Positions 55,576 to 64,000 of a DNA stretch of 64,000 bases are shown here, in pieces. The translations under genes and the position numbers were made by a program. Below the pieces are notes generated by a model. It had not been told where the DNA came from and searched no databases. It saw only the letters and a list, made by a program, of their open reading frames with translations. Origin of the DNA: Alphaproteobacteria bacterium. GTDB lineage: Bacteria > Pseudomonadota > Alphaproteobacteria > CAAHEQ01 > UBA3637. Location: contig JAZKXR010000003.1 in assembly GCA_045611705.1 (NCBI GenBank), positions 377 to 64,376 on the forward strand, read 5' to 3'. Position 1 is the stretch's first letter. The number at the start of each line of letters is the position of its first letter.

Positions 55576-58500
55576 ATGGGTAAAATATTTAATAAACGCT
55601 TTATGCCTTTGCTTTCATCACACTTTTTATCGTCAATCAATGACGCCTTTATGCGTACATTGTTTTTATTTTATGCAACTTATCAATTGACCCGTGAAAG
55701 TACAATCTTTATCATCACGGGTGTTATTTTTTACGCATTGACCTTTTGTGTGGGCAGTACGATTGCCGGTCAGGTGGCCGATAAAATTTCCAAAAAGAAG
55801 TTTTTGATTTTCTTCCGTTTAATTGAAATTGGGGCATTGTTATTGACCTTGGGTGGTGTTTCGCTCAGTTCCCGTTGGGTTTTGTTGTTGATTATGGGTG
55901 GTTTAGGTTTTATCAGCGCCTGTTTGCGTGTGGCTGATTATTCCTTAATGCCGGCCTTGGTGGCACAACGTGATTTGGTCAAAGCCAATGCTTTAATTAA
56001 AATTGCCTCTTTAATTGGTTTGGGGTTGTCTGCATTGATGATGATGCTGATTTACAAATACAACGTATTACCTGCTTTTGTTTGTTTGGGTGCTGTTGCT
56101 TTATCGGTTATCAGCTTGGGTTTGACCTACTTAATGCCTGAACAAAAATCAGTGGATCCCGAAACGGAAGTTGTTAAAAATCCCATTCATGTATTTGATT
56201 ATGTCGGTAAGACTTTGAAATATAAATTTGATGATTGGGCTTACTTGATCGGTATTGCTTGGTTTTGGGTGTTGATGAGCTTGGTGGGTATGCTATCGGG
56301 TGAATACGGTCAAAACATATTACAGGCCCGTTGGTCAGTGATGGCCTTTTTATCCGGTGCAATATTCCCGTTGGGTTATATTATCGGTTCAATCATTTGT
56401 GTGCGTTCCAGCCGTAAACGTTTAGGATCTCAGGCTGTTTGGGTTGGAGCTTTGATTTCTGTGGTGTTGTTGGACTTTGTTTTTGCCGCCGGTGCTTTGT
56501 CACAAATTGAAGTTACCAAAGCCATTACGATTTCCCGCTTGTTGACAGGTAGTTTTTTGTATTGGCACGTTTTGTTAAATGTTTTTGCTTTGGGATTATT
56601 GTCGGCCCTTTATGTGATTCCGTTTTATGCCCAATTACAAATGCATACCGAAGAACGTATTATGGGACGTATGTTTTCGCTCAGCGGATTATTAAACGCT
56701 TTGACGATGGGTTGTGCCTTTTTAATCGTAATGGGTATGCGTATTTTATCATTTGATTTATCGGCCGTGATGGTTGTGTTTGCGATATTGAATCTGTTGG
56801 TATCGCTTTATTTTGTGCGTTTGTTGCCGATTGAACAACGTCGTCGCTTTTTCAAAAAAGTTTTGGGTCGTTTGTTCCGTGTTAAAGTCTATGGTTTGGA
56901 AAGAATGCCCAAGGCGGGTGAACCTTGCTTGATTGTTTGCAATCATACCAGTTATATGGATGTTTTGTTGATTTCAACATTTATTGACAGACCGATTGTG
57001 TTTTCCATCAATAATCGTTTATTGGAAAAAACAATTGTGAAATTTATGACGAATTTAGTGGATTTAAGGGCTTTGGATCCGACCAGCCCCTTTGCCGTTA
57101 AAACAATGGTCAATGAATTAAAGCAAAATAAAACCTGTATGATTTTTAACGGTGGTTTGTTGGAAGGTGGAAATACACGTTTGAAAATTTACGAAGGTTC
57201 GGCAATGATGGCATTAAAAGGTAACGCCCCGATTGTCCCTATTCGTATTGATGGTGCCGCCCATACCTTTGGTTCACGTGTGTTGGGTAAAAAAACATGG
57301 TTTAAGGCTTTCCCGCAAATTACAATTACGGTGATGCCACCGGTTGAATTTAAATATCCCGAAACAATGCCTACCCGTGAACAACGTATGCGTTCTTCGG
57401 GCAAATTGTATGACGTGATTTCCAATATGGTTTTTGAAAGCTATGAAAAAGACAGAACGATTTTTCAGGCTGTGGCTGATGCTATGAAAATGCGTGGTCA
57501 TATGTTCCGCGTCTTGGATGATACGGCACGTCGTCCCCAAACATATGCCAGCGTATTTTTAAAATCGTTTGTCTTGGGTGCTTTGATTAATAAACATTTG
57601 CCTGATGATGAACGTGTGGGTATTATGATACCGACATCTTCGGCCTGTGTTTATACTTTCTTGGGATTACAGGCCTATGGTAAAGTGCCGGCAATGATCA
57701 ACTTTACCGCAGGTGCTCAGGCGGTGGTCAGCACTTGCCAAACGGTTGGCTTAAAGCATATTGTTACGGCCCGCAAAGTGGTTCAGTTGGCCAAATTGGA
57801 AAATTTGGTGGCTGAGTTAGAGAAAAACGACGTTAAGGTAATGTTCTTGGAAGATATGAAAGCCGCCTTGACATTATCCGATAAATTGCGTGGTATCTAT
57901 GGTGCTTTGTTCCCCAAACGCTTGTATAAAAAAACAAGTGGTGGTAAAGTTTCATCCAAAGATACGGGGGTTATTTTGTTCACATCCGGTTCGGAAGGTT
58001 TGCCTAAGGCCGTTTTATTAAGTCATTATAACCTGTTATCCAACTGTTATCAGGTGCCATGCCGTTTTGATTTGTATCAAAATGATGTGTTCTTGAACTG
58101 TTTGCCGTTGTTCCATTCCTTTGGTTTGGGGGCAGGGACAATTTTGCCGATGATTTTGGGTGTTAAAACATTCTTGTATCCGACACCGCTTCATTATCGT
58201 ATTATTCCCGAAATAGCGGCCAGCATTCGTGCCACGGTTTTCTTTGCAACAGATACGTTCTTGTCATCCTATGCCAAATGTGCCAATCCGTATGATTTTA
58301 ACAGCTTGCGTGTGGTGGCCGGTGGTGCCGAAAAAATCCGTGAAGAAACCCGCAAAGTGTGGCAGGAAAAATTCGGTGTGCGTTTGTTTGAAGGCTATGG
58401 TGCCACCGAATGTTCTCCCTTTATTTCGGTGAACACTTTCTTGTTCCAGAAAAAAGATTCCGTGGGTCGTTTGTTGCCCGGTATTGAATCCCGCCTGAAA

Positions 58501-58998
58501 AAAATTGAAGGTATTGCCGAAGGTGGTGAATTATACGTCAAAGGCCCCAATATTATGCAAGGCTATATGCGTCATACAAATCCTGGTGTATTGGAACCGC
58601 CAAAGGATGGATGGTATGATACTGGTGATATTGTTGAAATTGATGATGACGGATTTATCACCATCAAAGGCCGTTGCAAACGCTTTGCCAAAATTGGCGG
58701 TGAAATGGTGTCTTTATTGGCCGTTGAACAAACAATCGCCAAAAAATGGCCGGATGCTTTATCGGGTGCCGTGAATTTACCTGATGAAAGAAAGGGTGAA
58801 AAAATTATCCTGATTACCAATGAAAAGCAAATTACCAAAGAGGCTTTGATTTCCTTGTTTAAAGAAAAGGGAATGACCGAGTTGGGATTGCCGGCCGTGA
58901 TTGTTCATACGGAAAATCCGCCCATTTTGGGAACAGGCAAGTTTGATTATCAAACGGCCAAGAATATGGCGATTGAGGCCTGTAAGCCCAAAGCATAA
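55576..58998 (+). CDS. aas: MFS transporter/acyltransferase/acyl-ACP synthetase fusion (Aas)
   Basis: N-terminal multi-TM region, NHTSYMD (PlsC), FTSGSEGLPK, EGYGATE, YDTGD..GRCKRFAKIGGE. Confidence 0.9.
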   Translation: MGKIFNKRFMPLLSSHFLSSINDAFMRTLFLFYATYQLTRESTIFIITGVIFYALTFCVGSTIAGQVADKISKKKFLIFFRLIEIGALLLTLGGVSLSSRWVLLLIMGGLGFISACLRVADYSLMPALVAQRDLVKANALIKIASLIGLGLSALMMMLIYKYNVLPAFVCLGAVALSVISLGLTYLMPEQKSVDPETEVVKNPIHVFDYVGKTLKYKFDDWAYLIGIAWFWVLMSLVGMLSGEYGQNILQARWSVMAFLSGAIFPLGYIIGSIICVRSSRKRLGSQAVWVGALISVVLLDFVFAAGALSQIEVTKAITISRLLTGSFLYWHVLLNVFALGLLSALYVIPFYAQLQMHTEERIMGRMFSLSGLLNALTMGCAFLIVMGMRILSFDLSAVMVVFAILNLLVSLYFVRLLPIEQRRRFFKKVLGRLFRVKVYGLERMPKAGEPCLIVCNHTSYMDVLLISTFIDRPIVFSINNRLLEKTIVKFMTNLVDLRALDPTSPFAVKTMVNELKQNKTCMIFNGGLLEGGNTRLKIYEGSAMMALKGNAPIVPIRIDGAAHTFGSRVLGKKTWFKAFPQITITVMPPVEFKYPETMPTREQRMRSSGKLYDVISNMVFESYEKDRTIFQAVADAMKMRGHMFRVLDDTARRPQTYASVFLKSFVLGALINKHLPDDERVGIMIPTSSACVYTFLGLQAYGKVPAMINFTAGAQAVVSTCQTVGLKHIVTARKVVQLAKLENLVAELEKNDVKVMFLEDMKAALTLSDKLRGIYGALFPKRLYKKTSGGKVSSKDTGVILFTSGSEGLPKAVLLSHYNLLSNCYQVPCRFDLYQNDVFLNCLPLFHSFGLGAGTILPMILGVKTFLYPTPLHYRIIPEIAASIRATVFFATDTFLSSYAKCANPYDFNSLRVVAGGAEKIREETRKVWQEKFGVRLFEGYGATECSPFISVNTFLFQKKDSVGRLLPGIESRLKKIEGIAEGGELYVKGPNIMQGYMRHTNPGVLEPPKDGWYDTGDIVEIDDDGFITIKGRCKRFAKIGGEMVSLLAVEQTIAKKWPDALSGAVNLPDERKGEKIILITNEKQITKEALISLFKEKGMTELGLPAVIVHTENPPILGTGKFDYQTAKNMAIEACKPKA

Positions 58999-59002
58999 AA
59001 TT

Positions 59003-59029
59003 AAAGCCCGAGTTATTCTCGGGTTTTTT
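59003..59029 (+). terminator. Intrinsic terminator
   Basis: AAAGCCCGAG-loop-CTCGGGTTTTTT. Confidence 0.7.
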
Positions 59030-59115
59030 AAAAAAAATAACTTGCATTTTATTGTATTCTTTTTTATGATGAAAAAGACGAAGGAATTGTCCTTCAAAAA
59101 ATGAAAGGAAAAACA

Positions 59116-59448
59116 ATGTTTAATCATTATGCTAATTGTATTAAAAAATATGTTCAATTTTCGGGCTGTTCAACACGTTCGGAATTTTGGTGGTTTGTGC
59201 TGGCCAACTTTATCATTGCTTTATTGGTAAATGTCGTTGCGGGTATTATCAATGTGCCGGCGTTGGCGTTGTTGTATTCATTATTTGTGTTTTTGCCAAA
59301 TTTATCTGTATCAGTTCGTCGTTTGCATGACGCGGGTTTTTCGGCCTGGTTTATGTTGTTGGCCTTAATTCCGTTAGTCGGTGGTATTGCTTTGTTGGTA
59401 ATGGCATGTTTGCCCACTAAAACACAAGATAATAAATACATGGGATAA
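59116..59448 (+). CDS. DUF805 membrane protein
   Basis: KYVQFSGCSTRSEFWWF..VSVRRLHDAG.S.W. Confidence 0.88.
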   Translation: MFNHYANCIKKYVQFSGCSTRSEFWWFVLANFIIALLVNVVAGIINVPALALLYSLFVFLPNLSVSVRRLHDAGFSAWFMLLALIPLVGGIALLVMACLPTKTQDNKYMG

Positions 59449-59468
59449 TCATTGAAAGGCAGGCAGAT

Positions 59469-60380
59469 ATGAAAGGTTTACATATTTTAGATTTTTTAAA
59501 GTCACCATTTCGTCAGCAGTTCTTATTTGTCTGTCTTTTATTATTACCGGCACTTTTATTGTGTCCGCTGTTTGTTTCGTTTTTTGGGCTTTTACACACA
59601 CATATGGATTTTATTCAATCGGCTGATGAAAAAGCGTTGATTGAATTGGTTAAAAATTGGATGCTTTCACAAAGTGCTTCAACTTATATTTTGGCAAATA
59701 TCGGATTTTTCGGGGCTTCTTTGTTGCTTTATGGATATCTTATAATTTTTGCAAATGCTTCATTGTCTCAAAAAGTTGATTTATATACTTTTAAGCCTGT
59801 TTCTTTATCGGTAAAACAGTTTTTTAAAGGTCTTACCAAAGCAATCAGTTTTTCATTTTGGTCTTTTTCTTATATAGTTTTGGTTTTAGTTTTGACTGTT
59901 TTGCTTATTTCTTTAACGGTTTTTTTAAGTGAATTATTGCCAACATTTTTATCTGTCATTTTATGGATTGTTTGCGTGGTTGGTTGTTTGGCTGTTTTCT
60001 TATGGTTTATTTTGAATTATTGTGTTGCTAATTTACGCTTTTATATGACCCTTAAAACACGATCAGTTTTTGAATGGTTTGAAAATTATCGTTTTGTAAA
60101 ACAATATAAATCACGTTTTTTCATTGCTTTATTACTTTGTTTTGTGTTTAGTCAGGCTGTTTCCGTTGTAATGCAAATACTTTTTTCATGGATATTTGAT
60201 TTGACTTTGTTTATTGAGGGATTTAGTTCCGGTCTTGGAATTGGCCAAACTTTTGTTCCGTCGCTTTTAATGATACTGTGTGGTATGGTGATTTTTTCAT
60301 ACCTATCGTTGTTGCAAATATCCTTTAATTGTAAAACGTTGGTTTGGTTAAAGCAAAAGCCAAAAACAAAAAAGAAATAA
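59469..60380 (+). CDS. Polytopic membrane protein
   Basis: Six or more hydrophobic segments. Confidence 0.7.
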   Translation: MKGLHILDFLKSPFRQQFLFVCLLLLPALLLCPLFVSFFGLLHTHMDFIQSADEKALIELVKNWMLSQSASTYILANIGFFGASLLLYGYLIIFANASLSQKVDLYTFKPVSLSVKQFFKGLTKAISFSFWSFSYIVLVLVLTVLLISLTVFLSELLPTFLSVILWIVCVVGCLAVFLWFILNYCVANLRFYMTLKTRSVFEWFENYRFVKQYKSRFFIALLLCFVFSQAVSVVMQILFSWIFDLTLFIEGFSSGLGIGQTFVPSLLMILCGMVIFSYLSLLQISFNCKTLVWLKQKPKTKKK

Positions 60381-60860
60381 TTATTTATTATAGTGTGCCA
60401 TGATGCGTTGTTTATCGCGTTGCCAATCACGTTGTTTGATGGTTTCACGTTTATCGGCATAGGTTTTACCTTGGGCTAAGGCGATTTTCATTTTGGCAAT
60501 CCCACGGGCATTAAAGTATAAATCCAAAGGAATGATGGTGCGTCCTTTTTGATTGACTTCACGCAACAGTTTGGATAATTCTTTTTGATGCAACAATAAT
60601 TTTCTGGGGCGTGTCGCCTGTTCCGTCACAAAGCCTTTATTGGCTGGAGAGTATTCTTCAATCCGTGCGTTGACCAAAACCAGCTCGCCATTTTCAGGTG
60701 ATACATAGCTTTCCCCGATACTGGCATGTCCCATACGCAAAGATTTGACTTCTCCGCCTGTTAAAATAAGTCCAGCCTCATAGGTATCCAAAATCATATA
60801 ATGAAAGTGGGCTTTGCGATTTGTGGCCACAGGGCCGGTTGAAATTAAATTATTACTCAT
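60381..60860 (-). CDS. smpB: SsrA-binding protein
   Basis: NRKAHFHY..EAGLILTGGEVKSLR..RPRKLLLH..GKTYADKRETIK. Confidence 0.95.
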   Translation of the reverse strand: MSNNLISTGPVATNRKAHFHYMILDTYEAGLILTGGEVKSLRMGHASIGESYVSPENGELVLVNARIEEYSPANKGFVTEQATRPRKLLLHQKELSKLLREVNQKGRTIIPLDLYFNARGIAKMKIALAQGKTYADKRETIKQRDWQRDKQRIMAHYNK

Positions 60861-60899
60861 GTTGTGGATTTTAACACCTTTTATTAAAAAAGTCAATGA

Positions 60900-60928
60900 A
60901 AAAGCCCCCCTGAATTCAGAGGGGCTTT
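60900..60928 (-). terminator. Terminator downstream of rpsT
   Basis: AAAAGCCCCCCTGAATTCAGAGGGGCTTT hairpin with A/T runs. Confidence 0.65.
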
Positions 60929-60948
60929 GAAATCATTTGCTCACAAGC

Positions 60949-61221
60949 TTATTTTTTGATGATTAAAGCTTTTAAGGCTTGGGCCAAACGAGAAATTTGG
61001 CGGGCCATTGTATTGGCTTTAATTGTACGCTTGTTTTTGGCTTTTGCCAAAGAAGATTCCGCTTTACGGAAAGCCTTTGTGGCTGTTTCTTTGTCGCCTT
61101 TAGCAATAGCGGCACGTGTTTGTTTAACGGCAGTACGTGTTGCATTCAAGCGGTTAGCATTGATTGTTTCACGTTTTTTGTTGCGTTTAACACGTGTTTT
61201 AGCTGATTTTAAGTTTGCCAT
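60949..61221 (-). CDS. rpsT: 30S ribosomal protein S20
   Basis: MANLKSAKTR..N..R..N..R..SRL. Confidence 0.93.
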   Translation of the reverse strand: MANLKSAKTRVKRNKKRETINANRLNATRTAVKQTRAAIAKGDKETATKAFRKAESSLAKAKNKRTIKANTMARQISRLAQALKALIIKK

Positions 61222-61387
61222 TTGTATGCCTCTCTAAAAGTAAAGTTAAATAACGTTTTTCATTATATCCGATTTATTCAAAAAAGTCAAGGGGTTTTAT
61301 CTTTAAGTTGTTTATGTGTCTCAATTCTTGACATTTGTGTGGCTTTTTGGTATACTTTAAAAAATATTTTTTAAAAAGGAGAAAGCT

Positions 61388-63157
61388 ATGTCAATAACCT
61401 ATCGTGAACTGCGTCAAAAATGGTTGGAATTTTTTAAATCAAAAGGGCATGCCGAAATTCCATCGGCTTCTGTGTTTCCCGAAAATGATGCCACAGTGTT
61501 GTTCACGACCGCCGGTATGCATCCGTTGGTTCCGTATTTGATGGGGCAAAAGCATCCGGCCGGCAACCGTTTGACGGATATTCAAAAATGTATCCGCACG
61601 AATGATATTGATGCCGTTGGCGATACCAGCCATTTGACCTTTTTTGAAATGATGGGCAACTGGTCTTTGGGCGATTATTTCAAAAAGGAAATGGTGGCTT
61701 GGAGCTTTGAGTTTTTGACCCAGCATTTGGGGTTCAAGCCTGAACAATTGGCGGTTACCTGTTTTAAAGGTGATGAAAACGCCCCGCGTGATGAAGAAAC
61801 AGCTAGGTTTTGGAAAGAGCAGGGATTAAAAGATAATCAGATTTTCTTTTATGGTGCGGATGATAACTGGTGGGGTTTGGCCGATGGCGGTCCATGTGGT
61901 CCGGATACGGAAATGTTTATTGATAACGGTCAACCGGCATGCGGTCCGGATTGTGGTCCGGCCTGTCATTGTGGTAAATACACTGAAATTTGGAACGATG
62001 TGTTTATGCAATATGAAAAAAAATCCGATGGTTCTTTGGTGAAGTTGGCCCAACAAAACGTGGATACAGGTATGGGATTGGAACGCACCTTGGCTTTCAT
62101 GAATGGTGCCAGTGATGTTTTTTCCACAGAATTGTTTGCGGGTCTGCGTCAAAAGTTGGAACAATTGTCTGGCAAAAAATATGCCGAAGCATTGGCGCCT
62201 TTCCGTAAAGTATTGGACCATGTGCGTGCATCTGTTTTTATTTTGGGTGATGACAAGCATTTGGCACCGTCCAACACGGACCAAGGCTATGTTTTGCGTC
62301 GTTTGATTCGTGTGGCAATTCGTTCGTTAAAGCAATTGGGGATTACGGATTTTGTATTGCCGGCTTTGGCCGAATGTGTTTTGGATCAATACGCTGAATA
62401 TTATCCTGAATTGCAACGTAACCGTGATTTCATTATGACCGAATTGATCAAAGAAGAACAATTGTTTAACCGCACGATTACGGCCGGCTTAAAGGAAATG
62501 GACAAAGTCATGGGACGTGTTCAAAACGGATTGATTGACGGCCAAACAGCATTCCATTTGTACGATACCTATGGTTTTCCGTTGGAATTCACACAACAAA
62601 TTGCCACCGAAAACAACTTACAGGTGGATGTGGACGGCTTTAATAAGTGTTTTCAGGCACATCAGGAACTTTCCCGCAAAGGTGCCGAACAAAAATTCAA
62701 GGGCGGTTTGGCCGACCATTCGGAAAAATCGGCCCACTATCACACCGCCACACATATTATGCACGCCATGTTGCGTCAAATGTTTGGTGAAACGGTGGCA
62801 CAAAAGGGCAGTAATATCACGCCTGAACGGATGCGTTTTGACTTTTCCTTTAATCGCAAGATGACACCTGAAGAAGTCAAAGAATTGGAAAATCGTGTGA
62901 ATGCGGTGATTGAACAAAAAATCCCTGTTGAATGTGCCGAACGGACTTTGGCCGAAGCCCAAGCCGAAGGTGCAATTGGCTTGTTTGCCCACAAATATGA
63001 TGCCGAAAAGGTTAAGGTTTATACCATTGGTTCGGTTTCCAAAGAAGTTTGTGGTGGTCCGCACGCCCAAAATACAGGCGATTTAGGTCACTTCCGTATT
63101 TTAAAGGAAGAATCTTCATCGGCCGGTGTTCGTCGTATCAAGGCTGTTTTGGAATAA
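61388..63157 (+). CDS. alaS: Alanyl-tRNA synthetase, compact form without the C-Ala domain
   Basis: LFTTAGMHPL, HLTFFEMMGNWS, VDTGMGLER, LYDTYGFP, HTATH, CGGPH, GVRRI then stop; 589 aa. Confidence 0.95.
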   Translation: MSITYRELRQKWLEFFKSKGHAEIPSASVFPENDATVLFTTAGMHPLVPYLMGQKHPAGNRLTDIQKCIRTNDIDAVGDTSHLTFFEMMGNWSLGDYFKKEMVAWSFEFLTQHLGFKPEQLAVTCFKGDENAPRDEETARFWKEQGLKDNQIFFYGADDNWWGLADGGPCGPDTEMFIDNGQPACGPDCGPACHCGKYTEIWNDVFMQYEKKSDGSLVKLAQQNVDTGMGLERTLAFMNGASDVFSTELFAGLRQKLEQLSGKKYAEALAPFRKVLDHVRASVFILGDDKHLAPSNTDQGYVLRRLIRVAIRSLKQLGITDFVLPALAECVLDQYAEYYPELQRNRDFIMTELIKEEQLFNRTITAGLKEMDKVMGRVQNGLIDGQTAFHLYDTYGFPLEFTQQIATENNLQVDVDGFNKCFQAHQELSRKGAEQKFKGGLADHSEKSAHYHTATHIMHAMLRQMFGETVAQKGSNITPERMRFDFSFNRKMTPEEVKELENRVNAVIEQKIPVECAERTLAEAQAEGAIGLFAHKYDAEKVKVYTIGSVSKEVCGGPHAQNTGDLGHFRILKEESSSAGVRRIKAVLE

Positions 63158-63189
63158 AATCTTGCCTGTCGGGTGTTTCCCACAACATT

Positions 63190-64000
63190 GTCATGCCCGA
63201 CTTGATCGGGCATCCATAAACAATGATACAAAATGCGGACTTATGTCCGCTGGATGCCCGATCAGGTCGGGCATGACAGTGTGGGTGGATATTCCACCTT
63301 TCTTTTTTTTGTCATATTTGTGCGTTCATTTCGCATTGTCATATTTGTGTGTTTTTTCTCTGTCATCTTCGTGCTTGACACGAAGATCTATGCACCCTCT
63401 CTGTCATCTTCGTGCTTGACACGAAGATCCATAAATAATATAATTCCAATTATGAAACAAATGTACGTCTATATTATGGCCAGCGGTTTTAACGGCACTC
63501 TTTATGTGGGTGTAACATCTGATTTGATTAAACGAGTCTGGCAACATAAAAATCATGTTGTGCCAGGTTTTACGGATAAATATAACATAGATAAGCTGGT
63601 TTATTATGAACTTTGGCAAGATGAATTAGGAGCAATTCAGCGTGAAAAGCAAATAAAACATTGGCACAGGCAATGGAAAAAGGATTTAATAGAAAAAGAA
63701 AATCCTGAGTGGTTGGATTTGTATAATACATTATTGGGTTAGTGGATCTTCGGATCAAGTCCGAAGATGACAGAGAGAGCATTGTCATGCCCTACCTGTC
63801 GGGTGTCCAACCTAGCATTGTCATGCCCGACCCGATCGGGCGTCCAACCTACCACTGTCATGCCCGACTTGATCGGGCATCCAACCTACCACTGTCATGC
63901 CCGACTTGATCGGGCATCCATAAAGAATTAAATGCCATGGATCTTCGGATCAAGTCCGAAGATGACAGGAAAGAGTATTGTCATGCCCTGCCTGTTGGGT
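63190..64000. repeat. Family of REP-like hairpin repeats (GTC-AT-stem-CTTGA-stem-AT-CCA)
   Basis: Copies at 63190(+), 63251(-), 63362(+), 63403(+), 63743(-), 63784(+, degenerate), 63820(+), 63857(+), 63894(+), 63938(-), 63980(+, truncated by the window edge). Confidence 0.9.
63452..63742 (+). CDS. Stand-alone GIY-YIG nuclease
   Basis: YVYIMAS..TLYVGVTSDLIKRVWQH..LVYYE..AIQREKQIKHW.R.WK..LIE..NP.W.DL. Confidence 0.92.
   Translation: MKQMYVYIMASGFNGTLYVGVTSDLIKRVWQHKNHVVPGFTDKYNIDKLVYYELWQDELGAIQREKQIKHWHRQWKKDLIEKENPEWLDLYNTLLG

Noticed and set aside
60381-61387. tmRNA gene near smpB
   Set aside because: No tRNA-Ala-like acceptor/T-arm ends or tag-peptide frame were found in the flanking intergenic DNA.
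63233-63451. 73-aa N-terminal extension of the GIY-YIG ORF
   Set aside because: It simply reads through the hairpin repeats; the recognisable domain starts at ATG 63452.
63784-63920. Tandem 27-bp palindromic repeats as a CRISPR array
   Set aside because: Spacers are only 9-10 bp and nearly identical (ACCTACCACT twice), copies occur in both orientations, and there are no cas genes.

Overview
Bacterial chromosomal window, probably from an anaerobic, gut-type alphaproteobacterium. This is inferred from rpoH, the MFS-fused aas gene, rubrerythrin, nrdDG and Cys-rich prepilin-like proteins. (1) 1-17.6 kb is a defence island: an RloC-like ABC-ATPase/nuclease (runs off the left edge), a type I R-M operon (hsdM-hsdS-[PIN + two paralogous single-TM proteins]-hsdR), an SRA-like/HNH nuclease, a Rep-like/large serine recombinase/DUF2924/Xis-like module, and an AbiEi/AbiEii pair bracketed by ~54-bp direct repeats. 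(2) 17689-35032 is a ~17.3-kb element integrated at the 3' end of tRNA-Ala(GGC), bounded by an identical 22-bp repeat. It carries a DUF6538 tyrosine integrase, a six-iteron origin-like array beside a wHTH Rep-like gene, two more recombinases, ankyrin proteins and a lipoprotein array, with no recognisable virion or conjugation genes. (3) 35.2-63.2 kb is mostly housekeeping: mutT-like, HAD, GT2, rubrerythrin, nrdG with a split nrdD, tRNA-Gly(CCC), HU, efp, rlmB-like, rpoH, dnaE, rbfA, truB, aas, smpB, rpsT and a short alaS, interspersed with pilin/EGF/lectin-like surface proteins. (4) 63.2-64 kb holds a stand-alone GIY-YIG nuclease embedded in a family of covarying REP-like hairpins. All family assignments come from motif recognition by eye; no database searches were run.
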